A DNA stretch of 64,000 nt from an uncultured bacterium (GTDB taxonomy: Bacteria; Fidelibacterota; Marinisomatia; Marinisomatales; UBA1611), in assembly GCA_964561495.1 (NCBI GenBank), contig CAZLPW010000003.1, positions 13,258 through 77,257 of the forward strand, in the 5' to 3' direction. The position numbers and the translations under genes are program-made. The notes under the pieces were generated by a model. The model saw only the letters and a list, made by a program, of their open reading frames with translations. It was not told the origin of the DNA and made no database searches. Shown here in pieces: positions 1-9,671 of this stretch. Within the stretch, counting starts at the first letter, position 1. Each line of letters begins with the position of its first letter.

Positions 1-708
1 TTATATGTGAGCCTATATGGTAATGCCGCTGACCTGGAAAACATTACTAAATATTGTAGGGAAAATAAAATTATTTTAATCAATGACTGTGCTCCCGCGC
101 TATTTGGTTTATATCACGATTCTCCTATTGCCTCCTTTGGTGATTTTTCCACGCTATCTTTTTTTTCTGATAAGACTATAACAACTGGAGAAGGCGGAAT
201 GTTATTAACAAATAATGTTGAGCTTATAAACGAGTGCAATATCTATAAGCATGATGGAAGGAAAGAGCGTGGTGTAGATACTATAGAACGAAAAGGTTTT
301 AACTATAGATTAACTGAGTTGCAAGCGGCAGTAGGTGTTGCTCAAATAAAAAGAAAAGATATATTTGTCAGTAAAAAGAAAAATAATCTAAAAATGTTTA
401 ACTCATTATTAGAGGGTGTAGATGAAGTTGTCTTGTTTAAATTTAATCCAAGGGGTGATATAGTGCCACACAGAAATATTATTTTTGTTCCAGATGCTCA
501 TGACCTGATCTCATATCTTGTTGATAATGGTGTTGGTGCAAGGACATTATTTATGCCAATGCATTCACAGCCATGTTATGATGTAAATAATGACTTTCCA
601 ATTACTGAAAAGATTTATTCATCTGGAGTATGTTTGCCCTCTGCCCCATCATTGACTCAGAATGATATTGAATATATATGTGAACTGATAAAAAAGTATT
701 TTAAGTAA
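1..708 (+). CDS. DegT/DnrJ/EryC1/StrS-family PLP-dependent sugar aminotransferase, C-terminal part (5' end lies outside the window)
   Basis: The reading frame is open to base 1. The motif SFFSDKTITTGEGGML covers the PLP-lysine region typical of the family, and the C-terminal region is family-like. Confidence 0.8.
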   Translation, partial: LYVSLYGNAADLENITKYCRENKIILINDCAPALFGLYHDSPIASFGDFSTLSFFSDKTITTGEGGMLLTNNVELINECNIYKHDGRKERGVDTIERKGFNYRLTELQAAVGVAQIKRKDIFVSKKKNNLKMFNSLLEGVDEVVLFKFNPRGDIVPHRNIIFVPDAHDLISYLVDNGVGARTLFMPMHSQPCYDVNNDFPITEKIYSSGVCLPSAPSLTQNDIEYICELIKKYFK

Positions 709-720
709 GGAAGGTATAAC

Positions 721-1842
721 TTGAAAAATATCCCTGCATCAAAGCCCTCATTTAGTGAAGATGATATTAGCTTTATTAATAAACATTTTAAAGAAATACT
801 GAATGGGGAATCATACTTATCTCAATTTAAATATAGTTCTCAATTTGAACAGGAATTTGCTAGCTATGTAGGAGCTAGCTTCGCAGTTTCTTGTAATAGT
901 GGTACATCAGCATTAGAATTGATTTTTAGGGGCTTGGATGTTGTCGGGAAAGAAATTATTTTGCCATCAAATACATTTATTGCGACGGCGAATGCGATAA
1001 TGAATGCTGGAGGTGTTCCTGTGTTTGCTGACTGTGATGATAGTATGTGTCTTGACTACCATGATGTTATCCAAAAAATTAATAAGAACACAGCAGGTAT
1101 ATGTCATGTCCATATTGGAGGTATTGTATCCGACTCTGCTTTAAAATTATCAAAATATTGCAAGGATAATGGACTCTATTTTGTTGAGGATGCTGCACAG
1201 GCTCATGGTTCGAAGAATCAAGGTATTAGCGCAGGAACATTAGGAGATGCTGCTGGCTTTAGTTTCTATTCGACTAAAGTAATGACAACTGGTGAGGGGG
1301 GTATTGTGACGACAAATAATCAAGAATTAGTTGATAAAATGAAGTCAAGTCGTGAATTTGGGAAAGAGAAAAAAGGTATTTTTACCAATTATCATACTAG
1401 GATTGGATACAACTGGCGAATGCCAGAGGTTTCTGCTTTGATGGGTATAAGACAGTTAAAATCAATCGAAGACTTTATTGAAAAAAGGCATTATATCGCC
1501 TCTATTTACGATTCTTTTTTAAATGATAGTAAACATATAACTATCATCAAACCGCCAGAAAATTCTCGATTTAATTTTTTTAAATACACCGTTGTTTTAA
1601 AAAATTTTGATAGAGTATTATTTCACAAAACAATGGAAAAAAGAGGAGTCCAGCTAAGTGGCTATATTTATGAACTACCACTTCATAAGCAGCCAGTATT
1701 TCCAAAGCATAACGATATTAGTCTTCCCAAGACTGAGAAATTATGTAGTACACATGTTTGTTTGCCTATTTATCCGTTATTAAATAAAGCTGAAGCTGAA
1801 TATGTTGCTGAAAATGTTTTAGATATTTTTGATATGTTATAA
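721..1842 (+). CDS. DegT/DnrJ/EryC1/StrS-family sugar aminotransferase (complete, TTG start)
   Basis: 373 aa. Motifs SGTSALEL, EDAAQAHG and FSFYSTKVMTTGEGG are present. The purine-rich AAGGAAGG lies upstream of the TTG at 721. Confidence 0.85.
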   Translation: MKNIPASKPSFSEDDISFINKHFKEILNGESYLSQFKYSSQFEQEFASYVGASFAVSCNSGTSALELIFRGLDVVGKEIILPSNTFIATANAIMNAGGVPVFADCDDSMCLDYHDVIQKINKNTAGICHVHIGGIVSDSALKLSKYCKDNGLYFVEDAAQAHGSKNQGISAGTLGDAAGFSFYSTKVMTTGEGGIVTTNNQELVDKMKSSREFGKEKKGIFTNYHTRIGYNWRMPEVSALMGIRQLKSIEDFIEKRHYIASIYDSFLNDSKHITIIKPPENSRFNFFKYTVVLKNFDRVLFHKTMEKRGVQLSGYIYELPLHKQPVFPKHNDISLPKTEKLCSTHVCLPIYPLLNKAEAEYVAENVLDIFDML

Positions 1843-1855
1843 ATAATTTCGTTTG

Positions 1856-3754
1856 ATGAAGGTAATTATTTTAGCTGGAGGGAAGGGTACCCGTATGGGT
1901 AGCCTTACTGAATCAATTCCTAAACCAATGGTTCTTCTAGCTGGGAAGCCTGTTTTAGAACATCAAATAAATTTTTTAAAAAATTATGGCCTTACGGATA
2001 TTTTTATGCTTTTAGGCCATAAAGGTGAGATAATTAAAAAATATTTTAAAGAGGGAAAAGAATGGGGAGTTAAAATAAAATATTTTTTTGATCCAAAACC
2101 TTTAGGCACTGCAGGTTCCCTAAAAGAAATTGAAAAATTTATTTCAGAACCTTTTTTATTGTTTTATGGAGATACAATGATAGATATTGATCTCAGGCAA
2201 TTCATTAGTTTTTATAATAAAAAGCAATCTATAGCATCACTAGTAGTACATCCAAATGATCATCCGAAAGATAGCGATCTCCTAGATATCGATAGTGAAA
2301 ACTATGTAACCAGTTTTTTTCCTAAGCCACATGAGAGCGTTTCTTATTTGAGAAATCTAGTAAATGCGGCGTTATATATATTAGATCCAGAGATATTTGA
2401 TTTTATTGATAAAGGTGTTTTCTCAGATTTTGGTAAAGAAATATTCCCAAAGGTGTTGCGTAGGAGGAAATTAATTTCAGCATATAATACAACGGAATAT
2501 ATTAAAGACATTGGTACACCTGAACGTTTATTAGAAGTTGAAAAAGATTTTTTATCAGGTAAAGTTCATCGTTTCAATAAAATAAACAAACAAAAAGCAA
2601 TTTTTTTGGATCGAGATGGCGTAATTAATCGAGAATCAGATCGAATCGATAATATCGAAAAGTTTAATTTATTGCCCCAGGTAATGGAATCAGTAAAAAA
2701 AATCAATGAATCGGATTTCTTAAATGTTGTTGTTACAAACCAACCAATTGTAGCTAAAGGGTTCATATCTGAAAAAAAATTGTTAGAAATACACAATTAT
2801 ATGGAAACCCAATTCGGACTTGGAGGAGCATATTTTAATCGAATATATTATTGTCCTCACCATCCAGAAAGAGGTCACAAGGGAGAAAAAAAAGAGTACA
2901 AAATTTTATGTAATTGTCGTAAACCTGGAACAGAAATGATTGAGCATGCTATAAAAGATATGAATATAGACCCTCGAGAATCGTTCATTATAGGTGACAG
3001 AACCGTTGATATAATGACAGGGATAAATTCAAAAATGGAAACAATTTTACTAAGACAGGGATATGCGGGAAAAGATAAAAAATATGATTGCCAACCAGAT
3101 TTTATTTTTAATGATTTATATGAAGCTACAAGTTTTATTCTAAACGATTTTTATAAAATACTTTCAAAAATAAAAAAATATTTTAATAAAGTTAAGATTA
3201 AGAATAATAAGGCAATAATAGCCGTTGGCGGTTTATCTAGATCTGGGAAGACTACTTTTTCTTCTGTTTTAAAAAAATATTTTTTTGATCTTAGGATTAA
3301 TGCTGTTTCGATCCAATTGGATAATTGGTTACTACCTGTGAGTGAAAGAAGTTCAACGATGGATGTCCGTGATAGATATCAGTATGATATTATTAAAAAA
3401 GATTTGAAACTTTTATTTGAAGGAGAAAAAATATTATTAAAAAAGTATGACTCTCAAAGCAGAGGGCAAAGAAAGTCTTCAGAACATCTCTCACTTGATA
3501 ATTGTAGTGTAGTTGTACTCGAGGGTGTGGTTGCATTAGATATTGGTTATATTAGAGACATAGTAGATCATTCTTTTTTTATAAAAACAGATGAATCTAT
3601 TAGGAGAAGAAGATTTGAATCATTCTATCTTGATAAAGAATTCACTAGAAAAGAAATTGACTCTTTATATATGGAAAGAAAACGTGATGAGTCCCCTATT
3701 GTAATAAATTCAGGGGAATATGCAAATCAAATAATAGAAATGGATAATTTATGA
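1856..3754 (+). CDS. Three-domain fusion: sugar-1-phosphate nucleotidyltransferase (HddC-like) + HAD-IIIA heptose bisphosphate phosphatase (GmhB-like) + P-loop uridine-kinase/phosphoribulokinase-family domain
   Basis: N-terminal domain: LAGGKGTRMGSLTESIPKPM. Middle domain: FLDRDGVIN, VVVTNQP, YYCPHHP...CNCRKPG and IGDRTVD (GmhB-type HAD with a Zn motif). C-terminal domain: AVGGLSRSGKTT (Walker A), VVVLEGVVAL and FIKTDESIRRRR, in Udk/PRK-like order. The ATG at 1856 is preferred over the TTG at 1853. Confidence 0.75.
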   Translation: MKVIILAGGKGTRMGSLTESIPKPMVLLAGKPVLEHQINFLKNYGLTDIFMLLGHKGEIIKKYFKEGKEWGVKIKYFFDPKPLGTAGSLKEIEKFISEPFLLFYGDTMIDIDLRQFISFYNKKQSIASLVVHPNDHPKDSDLLDIDSENYVTSFFPKPHESVSYLRNLVNAALYILDPEIFDFIDKGVFSDFGKEIFPKVLRRRKLISAYNTTEYIKDIGTPERLLEVEKDFLSGKVHRFNKINKQKAIFLDRDGVINRESDRIDNIEKFNLLPQVMESVKKINESDFLNVVVTNQPIVAKGFISEKKLLEIHNYMETQFGLGGAYFNRIYYCPHHPERGHKGEKKEYKILCNCRKPGTEMIEHAIKDMNIDPRESFIIGDRTVDIMTGINSKMETILLRQGYAGKDKKYDCQPDFIFNDLYEATSFILNDFYKILSKIKKYFNKVKIKNNKAIIAVGGLSRSGKTTFSSVLKKYFFDLRINAVSIQLDNWLLPVSERSSTMDVRDRYQYDIIKKDLKLLFEGEKILLKKYDSQSRGQRKSSEHLSLDNCSVVVLEGVVALDIGYIRDIVDHSFFIKTDESIRRRRFESFYLDKEFTRKEIDSLYMERKRDESPIVINSGEYANQIIEMDNL

Positions 3755-4728
3755 TAGGGACAAGGACACCTTTTAGGGTCAGTTTTATTGGTGGGGGTAG
3801 TGATTTAAAAGAATTTTATTCCAGGGCTCCAGGCTGTGTTTTAAGTACATCAATTGATAAATACATGTACATTTTTGTACATCCATTTTTTGATGAAAAA
3901 ATTCAAGTAAAGTATTCAAAAACAGAACTAGTAGAAAATATTGAAGATATAAAACATCCTATTGTTAGAGAAATATTGTCAGAATTTAATTTGCAAGGAG
4001 TTGATATTAATTCCATAGCTGATATACCTGCTGGCACGGGTCTTGGCTCATCTAGCTCTTACACTGTTGGGCTATTACACGCACTATATGCCTACAGAGA
4101 TGAAATAGTCTCACCAAACACTTTGGCTGAAAAAGCTTGCTATATCGAAATTGATGTTTTGAACGAGCCGATAGGGAAACAGGATCAATTTGCTGCTGCG
4201 TATGGGGGCTTAAACATAATAAGGTTTTTAGAAGATGGAAATGTAAAAATAGAACCTATTAAAATGGAGGAAGATGCATATAAGCAATTACAAAAATGCC
4301 TGATGATGTTTTATACTGGGACATCAAGAAGTGCATCGGAAGTTTTAATCGATCAGAAAAAAAATATAATTAGTGATAAAGACAAGTTTAATGCTCAGCT
4401 TATGATGACTCAAATGGTCGAAGAATCAAAAGACTGCTTGGTTAAATCAAACCTTGATGAATTTGGAGAAAAGCTTGATTCCAATTGGATATTAAAAAGA
4501 ACATTGTCAAAAACTATTTCAAATTCAATTTTTGATGATATCTATAATCTTGCAAAAGAAAGTGGCGCAATCGGAGGAAAAATTTTAGGAGCTGGCGGAG
4601 GTGGTTTTTTCTTGTTTTATTGTCCTCCTAGATACCAAGATAAACTTAGATTTAATTTAAAAGATTTAAAGGAGGTCCCATTTAAATTCGATAAATATGG
4701 TTCGAAAATTATAAACATGGATAAGTAG
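3751..4728 (+). CDS. hddA: GHMP-family sugar kinase, D-glycero-alpha-D-manno-heptose-7-phosphate kinase-like
   Basis: RTPFRVSFIGGGSDL at the N-terminus, GHMP motif PAGTGLGSSSS, and C-terminal GAGGGGF. The ATGA overlap with the upstream gene lies at 3751-3754. Confidence 0.7.
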   Translation: MIGTRTPFRVSFIGGGSDLKEFYSRAPGCVLSTSIDKYMYIFVHPFFDEKIQVKYSKTELVENIEDIKHPIVREILSEFNLQGVDINSIADIPAGTGLGSSSSYTVGLLHALYAYRDEIVSPNTLAEKACYIEIDVLNEPIGKQDQFAAAYGGLNIIRFLEDGNVKIEPIKMEEDAYKQLQKCLMMFYTGTSRSASEVLIDQKKNIISDKDKFNAQLMMTQMVEESKDCLVKSNLDEFGEKLDSNWILKRTLSKTISNSIFDDIYNLAKESGAIGGKILGAGGGGFFLFYCPPRYQDKLRFNLKDLKEVPFKFDKYGSKIINMDK

Positions 4729-4733
4729 AATTA

Positions 4734-5918
4734 ATGAAGTTAGTCGAATATCTTTTGGTTGTTTTTTCAATCATTACATCAGGAAGTCTAATTTATATGA
4801 CTCACAATGATGATCTAATTTTAATATTTTATTTTTTATTTTCTGTAGCTTCTTTTATAATTTTCAAAGTAAAGCATTTTAATAAGTTCTTTTTTTATTA
4901 TGCTTTATTGGTCGTTAGTTTTTTGATAGTTCACCACCTATGTGTTTCTACTTCTGCTACTCTTAATAAGTATATAGGAACAATTATTAAGGTATTAACT
5001 TTTTTATTGGTGATAACTATAATTGGAAAGAAAAGACTTTTAATTATTTACCCCCAAACAATGTTTGTTTTGTGTTCGTTTAATTTAATTTTTTATTTAG
5101 ATCACGTATATTTTTTTTCAATATCTCAGCCTTTGTCATCTTTATTTAGTCAACTAACCACCTGGTCTCTTAATATGTATTACGAAAATTATGTTTTCTA
5201 TGTTAAGCCAGTTTACAGCGTAACATTCGATAAGGTTCAGACTAACTTTATTAAAAATAGTGGTATCTTTGGAGAAGGTGGTTTATACCAATATTTTGTG
5301 TGTATAGCTCTAACGATTAATCTTTTTTTCAATAAAAAATCAATTTTCGATTACTACAATTTAATTTTTATAATTTCTATTATTACAACGTATTCTACGG
5401 TTGCTTACATAAATTTATTTTTTATTATTATAGCAAAAACTTATGATCCTGAAAAGCGTATCTTGTTTTTTTTAATGTCTCCACTTATTTTGGGTGGAGC
5501 ATATATTTTTTTTAACCAACCAACTATTTATAATAAGCTATTTAATATCAATTCTATGGATTTTATAATTTCGACTCAGAGGCGAATGTTAGATACCTTT
5601 TTGGATCTAAAAATTATTCAAGATCAGCCACTTTTAGGGATTGGGTTAGATAATATTGAGATTTATAAATCTTACGTAAATCAGTATTCTGCAGGAGGTG
5701 AAAGTAGCAGTAATGGTTTACTTAATTACATTGCAGGAGTTGGTATTATTGGTGCCTTTATTTCATTATATCCGTTTTTTATGTTTGGAATCAAATCAAA
5801 AAAAAAGTTCATGCTTATGCTTTGTAATATTTTTTCAGGTCTTTCTCAGGGTATTATAATGACTCCTGTTTTTTTTCTTTCAATGTCTCTACTATATACG
5901 AAAAAAGCAAGAAGTTGA
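4734..5918 (+). CDS. Polytopic membrane protein, O-antigen polymerase/ligase (Wzy)-like
   Basis: 394 aa and very hydrophobic, with many predicted TM segments. A GIGLDNIE-type loop is present, and the gene sits inside the polysaccharide locus. Confidence 0.5.
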   Translation: MKLVEYLLVVFSIITSGSLIYMTHNDDLILIFYFLFSVASFIIFKVKHFNKFFFYYALLVVSFLIVHHLCVSTSATLNKYIGTIIKVLTFLLVITIIGKKRLLIIYPQTMFVLCSFNLIFYLDHVYFFSISQPLSSLFSQLTTWSLNMYYENYVFYVKPVYSVTFDKVQTNFIKNSGIFGEGGLYQYFVCIALTINLFFNKKSIFDYYNLIFIISIITTYSTVAYINLFFIIIAKTYDPEKRILFFLMSPLILGGAYIFFNQPTIYNKLFNINSMDFIISTQRRMLDTFLDLKIIQDQPLLGIGLDNIEIYKSYVNQYSAGGESSSNGLLNYIAGVGIIGAFISLYPFFMFGIKSKKKFMLMLCNIFSGLSQGIIMTPVFFLSMSLLYTKKARS

Positions 5919-6679
5919 AGTTTTCTATAATTACAGTTACAAAAAATGCTGAACACCATATCTTAGATACTATTGAAAGTGTCAAGAATCAAATTGGTGT
6001 TGAACTTGAGCATATCATAATTGATTCAATATCCACTGACAAAACATTAGAATTGTCCAAAAAATATGAAAAATCTTATAATTTAATTATCAAAAGTGAA
6101 CTAGATGATGGAATTTCAGATGCATTTAACAAAGGTCTAGAAATCTGTTCAGGAGACTGGGTTGTTTTTCTTGGTGCGGGTGATAAGTTTGTCCATTCTA
6201 GAGTTCTTTCGGATATGGTTGGTAAGTTGGCTAAAAGATCTAAATCATTGGTTGTATGGGGTAATATTATCTTTATTAGTGATGAAGGTAAGGTTGGTAA
6301 AACTGTGTTGGGAAAATTTCCAAAGCGTAGGCTAAAAAGGTATATGTGCATGCCGCACCAGGCTACTTTCAGCAACCGCAAAATGTTTGACCTTTATGGT
6401 TCTTTTGATAATAATGTCAGGTATGCAATGGATTATGATATTTTGTTACGATGCTATAATGAAATTAATGAAAAAGACTATGTAAACTATGACGTTAGCT
6501 ATATGCTTGTAGGAGGCAAATCACAAAAAGGTGATAATGGTGCCATAAAAGACTACAGAGATTTGCAAATAAAGCATCGGGTTTGGATAACTCCAATTGC
6601 GTTTATTTTTTATTATTGGGCAATTTTTAAGATATTCATAAAAAAATTAATTAATTTTAAATCTACGGGGCTATCTTAA
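5915..6679 (+). CDS. Family 2 glycosyltransferase
   Basis: FSIITVTKNAEHHILDTIESVKNQ...IIIDSISTDKT is a GT-A N-terminus, and a DxD-like region is present. The TTGA overlap with the upstream gene lies at 5915-5918. Confidence 0.8.
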   Translation: MKFSIITVTKNAEHHILDTIESVKNQIGVELEHIIIDSISTDKTLELSKKYEKSYNLIIKSELDDGISDAFNKGLEICSGDWVVFLGAGDKFVHSRVLSDMVGKLAKRSKSLVVWGNIIFISDEGKVGKTVLGKFPKRRLKRYMCMPHQATFSNRKMFDLYGSFDNNVRYAMDYDILLRCYNEINEKDYVNYDVSYMLVGGKSQKGDNGAIKDYRDLQIKHRVWITPIAFIFYYWAIFKIFIKKLINFKSTGLS

Positions 6680-6882
6680 AAAATATTTAGGAAATCAAAG
6701 TAAGGAATTAACTAAATCTTACTAAAATTTCTCAAAAATAAATTAAATTCTTAGATCTTTTATAATCAAAAAATAAACATAGGTATACATAATTAAACTG
6801 ACAGTTCTATTTATAAAACCATAAGTTGGTTTGAGTTGCTAATATGTTTGATGAATTATTTATTTAAAATATAGGAAGAAGT

Positions 6883-7284
6883 ATGGAAAAGAGAGCTTTA
6901 GTATGTGGCCACCTTGTTAACAGGCTGAAAAAGGAAGGCTATTATGTTATTGGTGTTGATATAAAAAGGCATGAATATCAGCAAACCTCTGCAGATAAAT
7001 TTATTGTGGGTGACCTTAGAGATCCGAACTTTACAGAAGAAGTAATTGATCAAGGTTTTGATGAATTATATCAATTAGCTGCAGATATGGGTGGTGCTGG
7101 CTTTGTTTTTTCTGGAGAAAATGATACTGACATTATGCATAATTCAGCATTAATCAATTTAAATGTAGTTGAAAAGTCAATTAAAGCAGAGGTGAAAAAA
7201 ATATTTTATTCCTCATCTGCATGCATGTATCCTGAGAGAAATCAATTAGATCCTGAAAATCCTAATTGTAAAGTTGGAAATTGA
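6883..7284 (+). pseudogene. Remnant of a GDP-mannose 3,5-epimerase-like NAD-dependent epimerase (Rossmann glycine loop deleted, C-terminal about two thirds missing)
   Basis: 133 aa. LAADMGGAGF, FYSSSACMYPE and QLDPENPNC align by eye to the family. The N-terminus reads KRALVCG-HLVNRL where GxGGFIG is expected. The ORF stops just after NPNC, exactly at the TTG start of the next gene. Confidence 0.6.
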
Positions 7285-8465
7285 AAATAGTTCATGTTAT
7301 TTCAAACTTTTCACTTCCATTTGGAGGTATGGCTGTTGCTTGTAAAGAAATTGCTGAAGGACAGGTTAAGGCTGGACTAGATGTTACAGTAATTACTTCT
7401 TATCTTGATTTTCCATCTGGATACTTAAACAAACCAAATGATAAACCTGTATTTGAAAATGGGGTCAGAGTGTTCTATTGCTCCGTATTATTTGAGCCTC
7501 TAGTATTTTCTTTTCAATTAATAAAACACCTCAAAAGAGAATTACGTGAATCAGATTTAGTTCACGTTCTTGGTCTTTATAGATTTCCACAATCATATGC
7601 TTGCTGGTATTCAAGGAGAATAAAAATACCTTATATCTTGTCTCCTCACGGGTCGCTTGATCCAGTTCTTTTTGACAAAAAAGAAAGAAAACTAATGCGT
7701 CGACTTTATCAGTTCATGTTTGAAATTAAAAATATTAAAAAATCAAAAAAAATTCATTTTACTGCAAATGATGAGTTAGAGTTTGCTAACTTTTTAGACC
7801 TTAAGGAGAAAAGTGTTGTAATCCCTAATGGAATTGAAACTAATGATTTTAAAAAATTACCAAATAAAGGTGTTTTTTTAGATACCTATGAAATTAAAGA
7901 AAACTCTTTCAAAATTCTTTTTTTAGGAAGAGTTGTTTGGAAAAAAGGTCTTGACATTTTATTGAGTTCGCTACCTTTAATAATAAAAAAAATTCCAAAT
8001 GTATTATTAATTATTGCTGGACCAGATAACGAAGGTTACAAAAAAACTCTCAAAGATATTATTAATAGTTTAAATATTGATGGTCATATAAAATTTGTAG
8101 GAATGCTTGACAGAGAAAAAGTAAAGCAAGCTTATGTTGACGCTGATATATTTGTCCTTCCTTCGTATTCCGAGAACTATGGAATTACAATTATTGAGAG
8201 TCTGGTCTGTGGATGTCCTGTTATCATATCCAAAAATGTAAACATACATAAAGAGATTATGGATAATAATATAGGGCAAGTAATTGATTGTGATCCAAAA
8301 GACATCTCTGATGCTGTTATTACTTATTTTAATAAATCAGATGATTATAAAATTAAGCACAGGGCAGATATTAGAAACTATGCTCTCCAAAAATATGATT
8401 GGGAGAACGCGATCAAAAAGTTTTCTAATTTATACGAAGAAATTTTATTTGATAAAAAAAGATGA
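7281..8465 (+). CDS. Family 4 (GT-B, group 1) glycosyltransferase
   Basis: 394 aa. The C-terminal half carries FLGRVVWKKGLD, LIIAGPDNEGY and the VLPSYSENYGITIIESLVCGCPVI signature. Confidence 0.8.
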   Translation: MKIVHVISNFSLPFGGMAVACKEIAEGQVKAGLDVTVITSYLDFPSGYLNKPNDKPVFENGVRVFYCSVLFEPLVFSFQLIKHLKRELRESDLVHVLGLYRFPQSYACWYSRRIKIPYILSPHGSLDPVLFDKKERKLMRRLYQFMFEIKNIKKSKKIHFTANDELEFANFLDLKEKSVVIPNGIETNDFKKLPNKGVFLDTYEIKENSFKILFLGRVVWKKGLDILLSSLPLIIKKIPNVLLIIAGPDNEGYKKTLKDIINSLNIDGHIKFVGMLDREKVKQAYVDADIFVLPSYSENYGITIIESLVCGCPVIISKNVNIHKEIMDNNIGQVIDCDPKDISDAVITYFNKSDDYKIKHRADIRNYALQKYDWENAIKKFSNLYEEILFDKKR

Positions 8466-9658
8466 ACATATTAATGATTCATCAACACTATTATCCTGAG
8501 ATGTCAGGTACGGCTAGACGGACAAAAGAATTAGCTGAAAATTTTGTTAAAAAAGGACACAGGGTATCAGTACTAACTTCATATCCTCGTAAATTTAGGT
8601 CATTACCAGGTATAAGCTTCAAATCACATGAGCAAATTAACAAAGTCTCTGTTTACAGGATAAAAACACTATTCGAAATAAATAATAATGTTTTACTTCG
8701 TTTATTTTCATATTCTACTTTTGTAATACAATCAGTTTTGTATGCATTAAGATTATCAAAAAAATCCGAAATTGTAATAACCATTGCGCCATTATCATCT
8801 GGAATCATAGGCTCAGTGGTAAAAATCGCTAATAAAACGCATCATCATTTTGATGTTCCAGATATTTTGCCCGATTTAGGGATATCAGCAGGTATGATCA
8901 AAAATAAATTTGTAATTAAACTACTTTTTAGATTAGAAAAATGGGTATACAAAAATTCAGATACGATTTCAACATGCACTAAAGGTCAGTTAGAAAACAT
9001 AAATAATAAAGGGATATCCTCAAAAAAAATAACTTGGATTTCTGATTGGATAGATAATTCTAATTTTTTTACTACTGATAGGACACTTTCAACCAAATTA
9101 TCCAAGAATTTTAAAAGTAAAAAAATCATTTCTTTTATTGGCAACATCGGGGCTCTTCAAAATCCAGAAGTTTTTGTTGATACAATGAGATTATTATCTT
9201 TAGAAAATCAGATTCAATTTTTATTTATTGGTGATGGAATAATGTTGCCAGAATTAAAATCTAAAGTAGAAAAACTAAATATTAAAAACATAGAATTTAT
9301 AGGGCGGGTAAAAAGAGAACATATACCTACGTATATGAGTATTTCTGATATTTTAGTCGCAAATTATGTGCCAGACCAGCACTTGAATTTATACATCCCT
9401 GGAAAATTATTTGAATATGCGATATCTAGAAGGCCTATCATTATGGGAGGAAAGGGAGATTCAGAAACTTTTATCAATAAATATAAACTTGGAATCGTTG
9501 TTCCACCATCAAATGCTAATGCTTTTAAAAAAGCGATCCTGAAAATTATTAATGAATCATATTCTTTTGATCCGCAAATTGCTCAATTTATGAAAGATTA
9601 TTCAATTGAGAATGTTACAAAAAAATATGATTTAATTTTTCGTAAACTAAAACCCTAA
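8462..9658 (+). CDS. Family 4 glycosyltransferase, WbuB-like (candidate 2-acetamido-2,6-dideoxy-L-hexose transferase)
   Basis: The N-terminus is MNILMIHQHYYPEMSGTA, and the protein has a GT-B C-terminal half. It lies directly upstream of the CapE/FnlA-type dehydratase, the usual position for WbuB. Confidence 0.7.
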   Translation: MNILMIHQHYYPEMSGTARRTKELAENFVKKGHRVSVLTSYPRKFRSLPGISFKSHEQINKVSVYRIKTLFEINNNVLLRLFSYSTFVIQSVLYALRLSKKSEIVITIAPLSSGIIGSVVKIANKTHHHFDVPDILPDLGISAGMIKNKFVIKLLFRLEKWVYKNSDTISTCTKGQLENINNKGISSKKITWISDWIDNSNFFTTDRTLSTKLSKNFKSKKIISFIGNIGALQNPEVFVDTMRLLSLENQIQFLFIGDGIMLPELKSKVEKLNIKNIEFIGRVKREHIPTYMSISDILVANYVPDQHLNLYIPGKLFEYAISRRPIIMGGKGDSETFINKYKLGIVVPPSNANAFKKAILKIINESYSFDPQIAQFMKDYSIENVTKKYDLIFRKLKP

Positions 9659-9671
9659 AAAAGAGTTAAAA

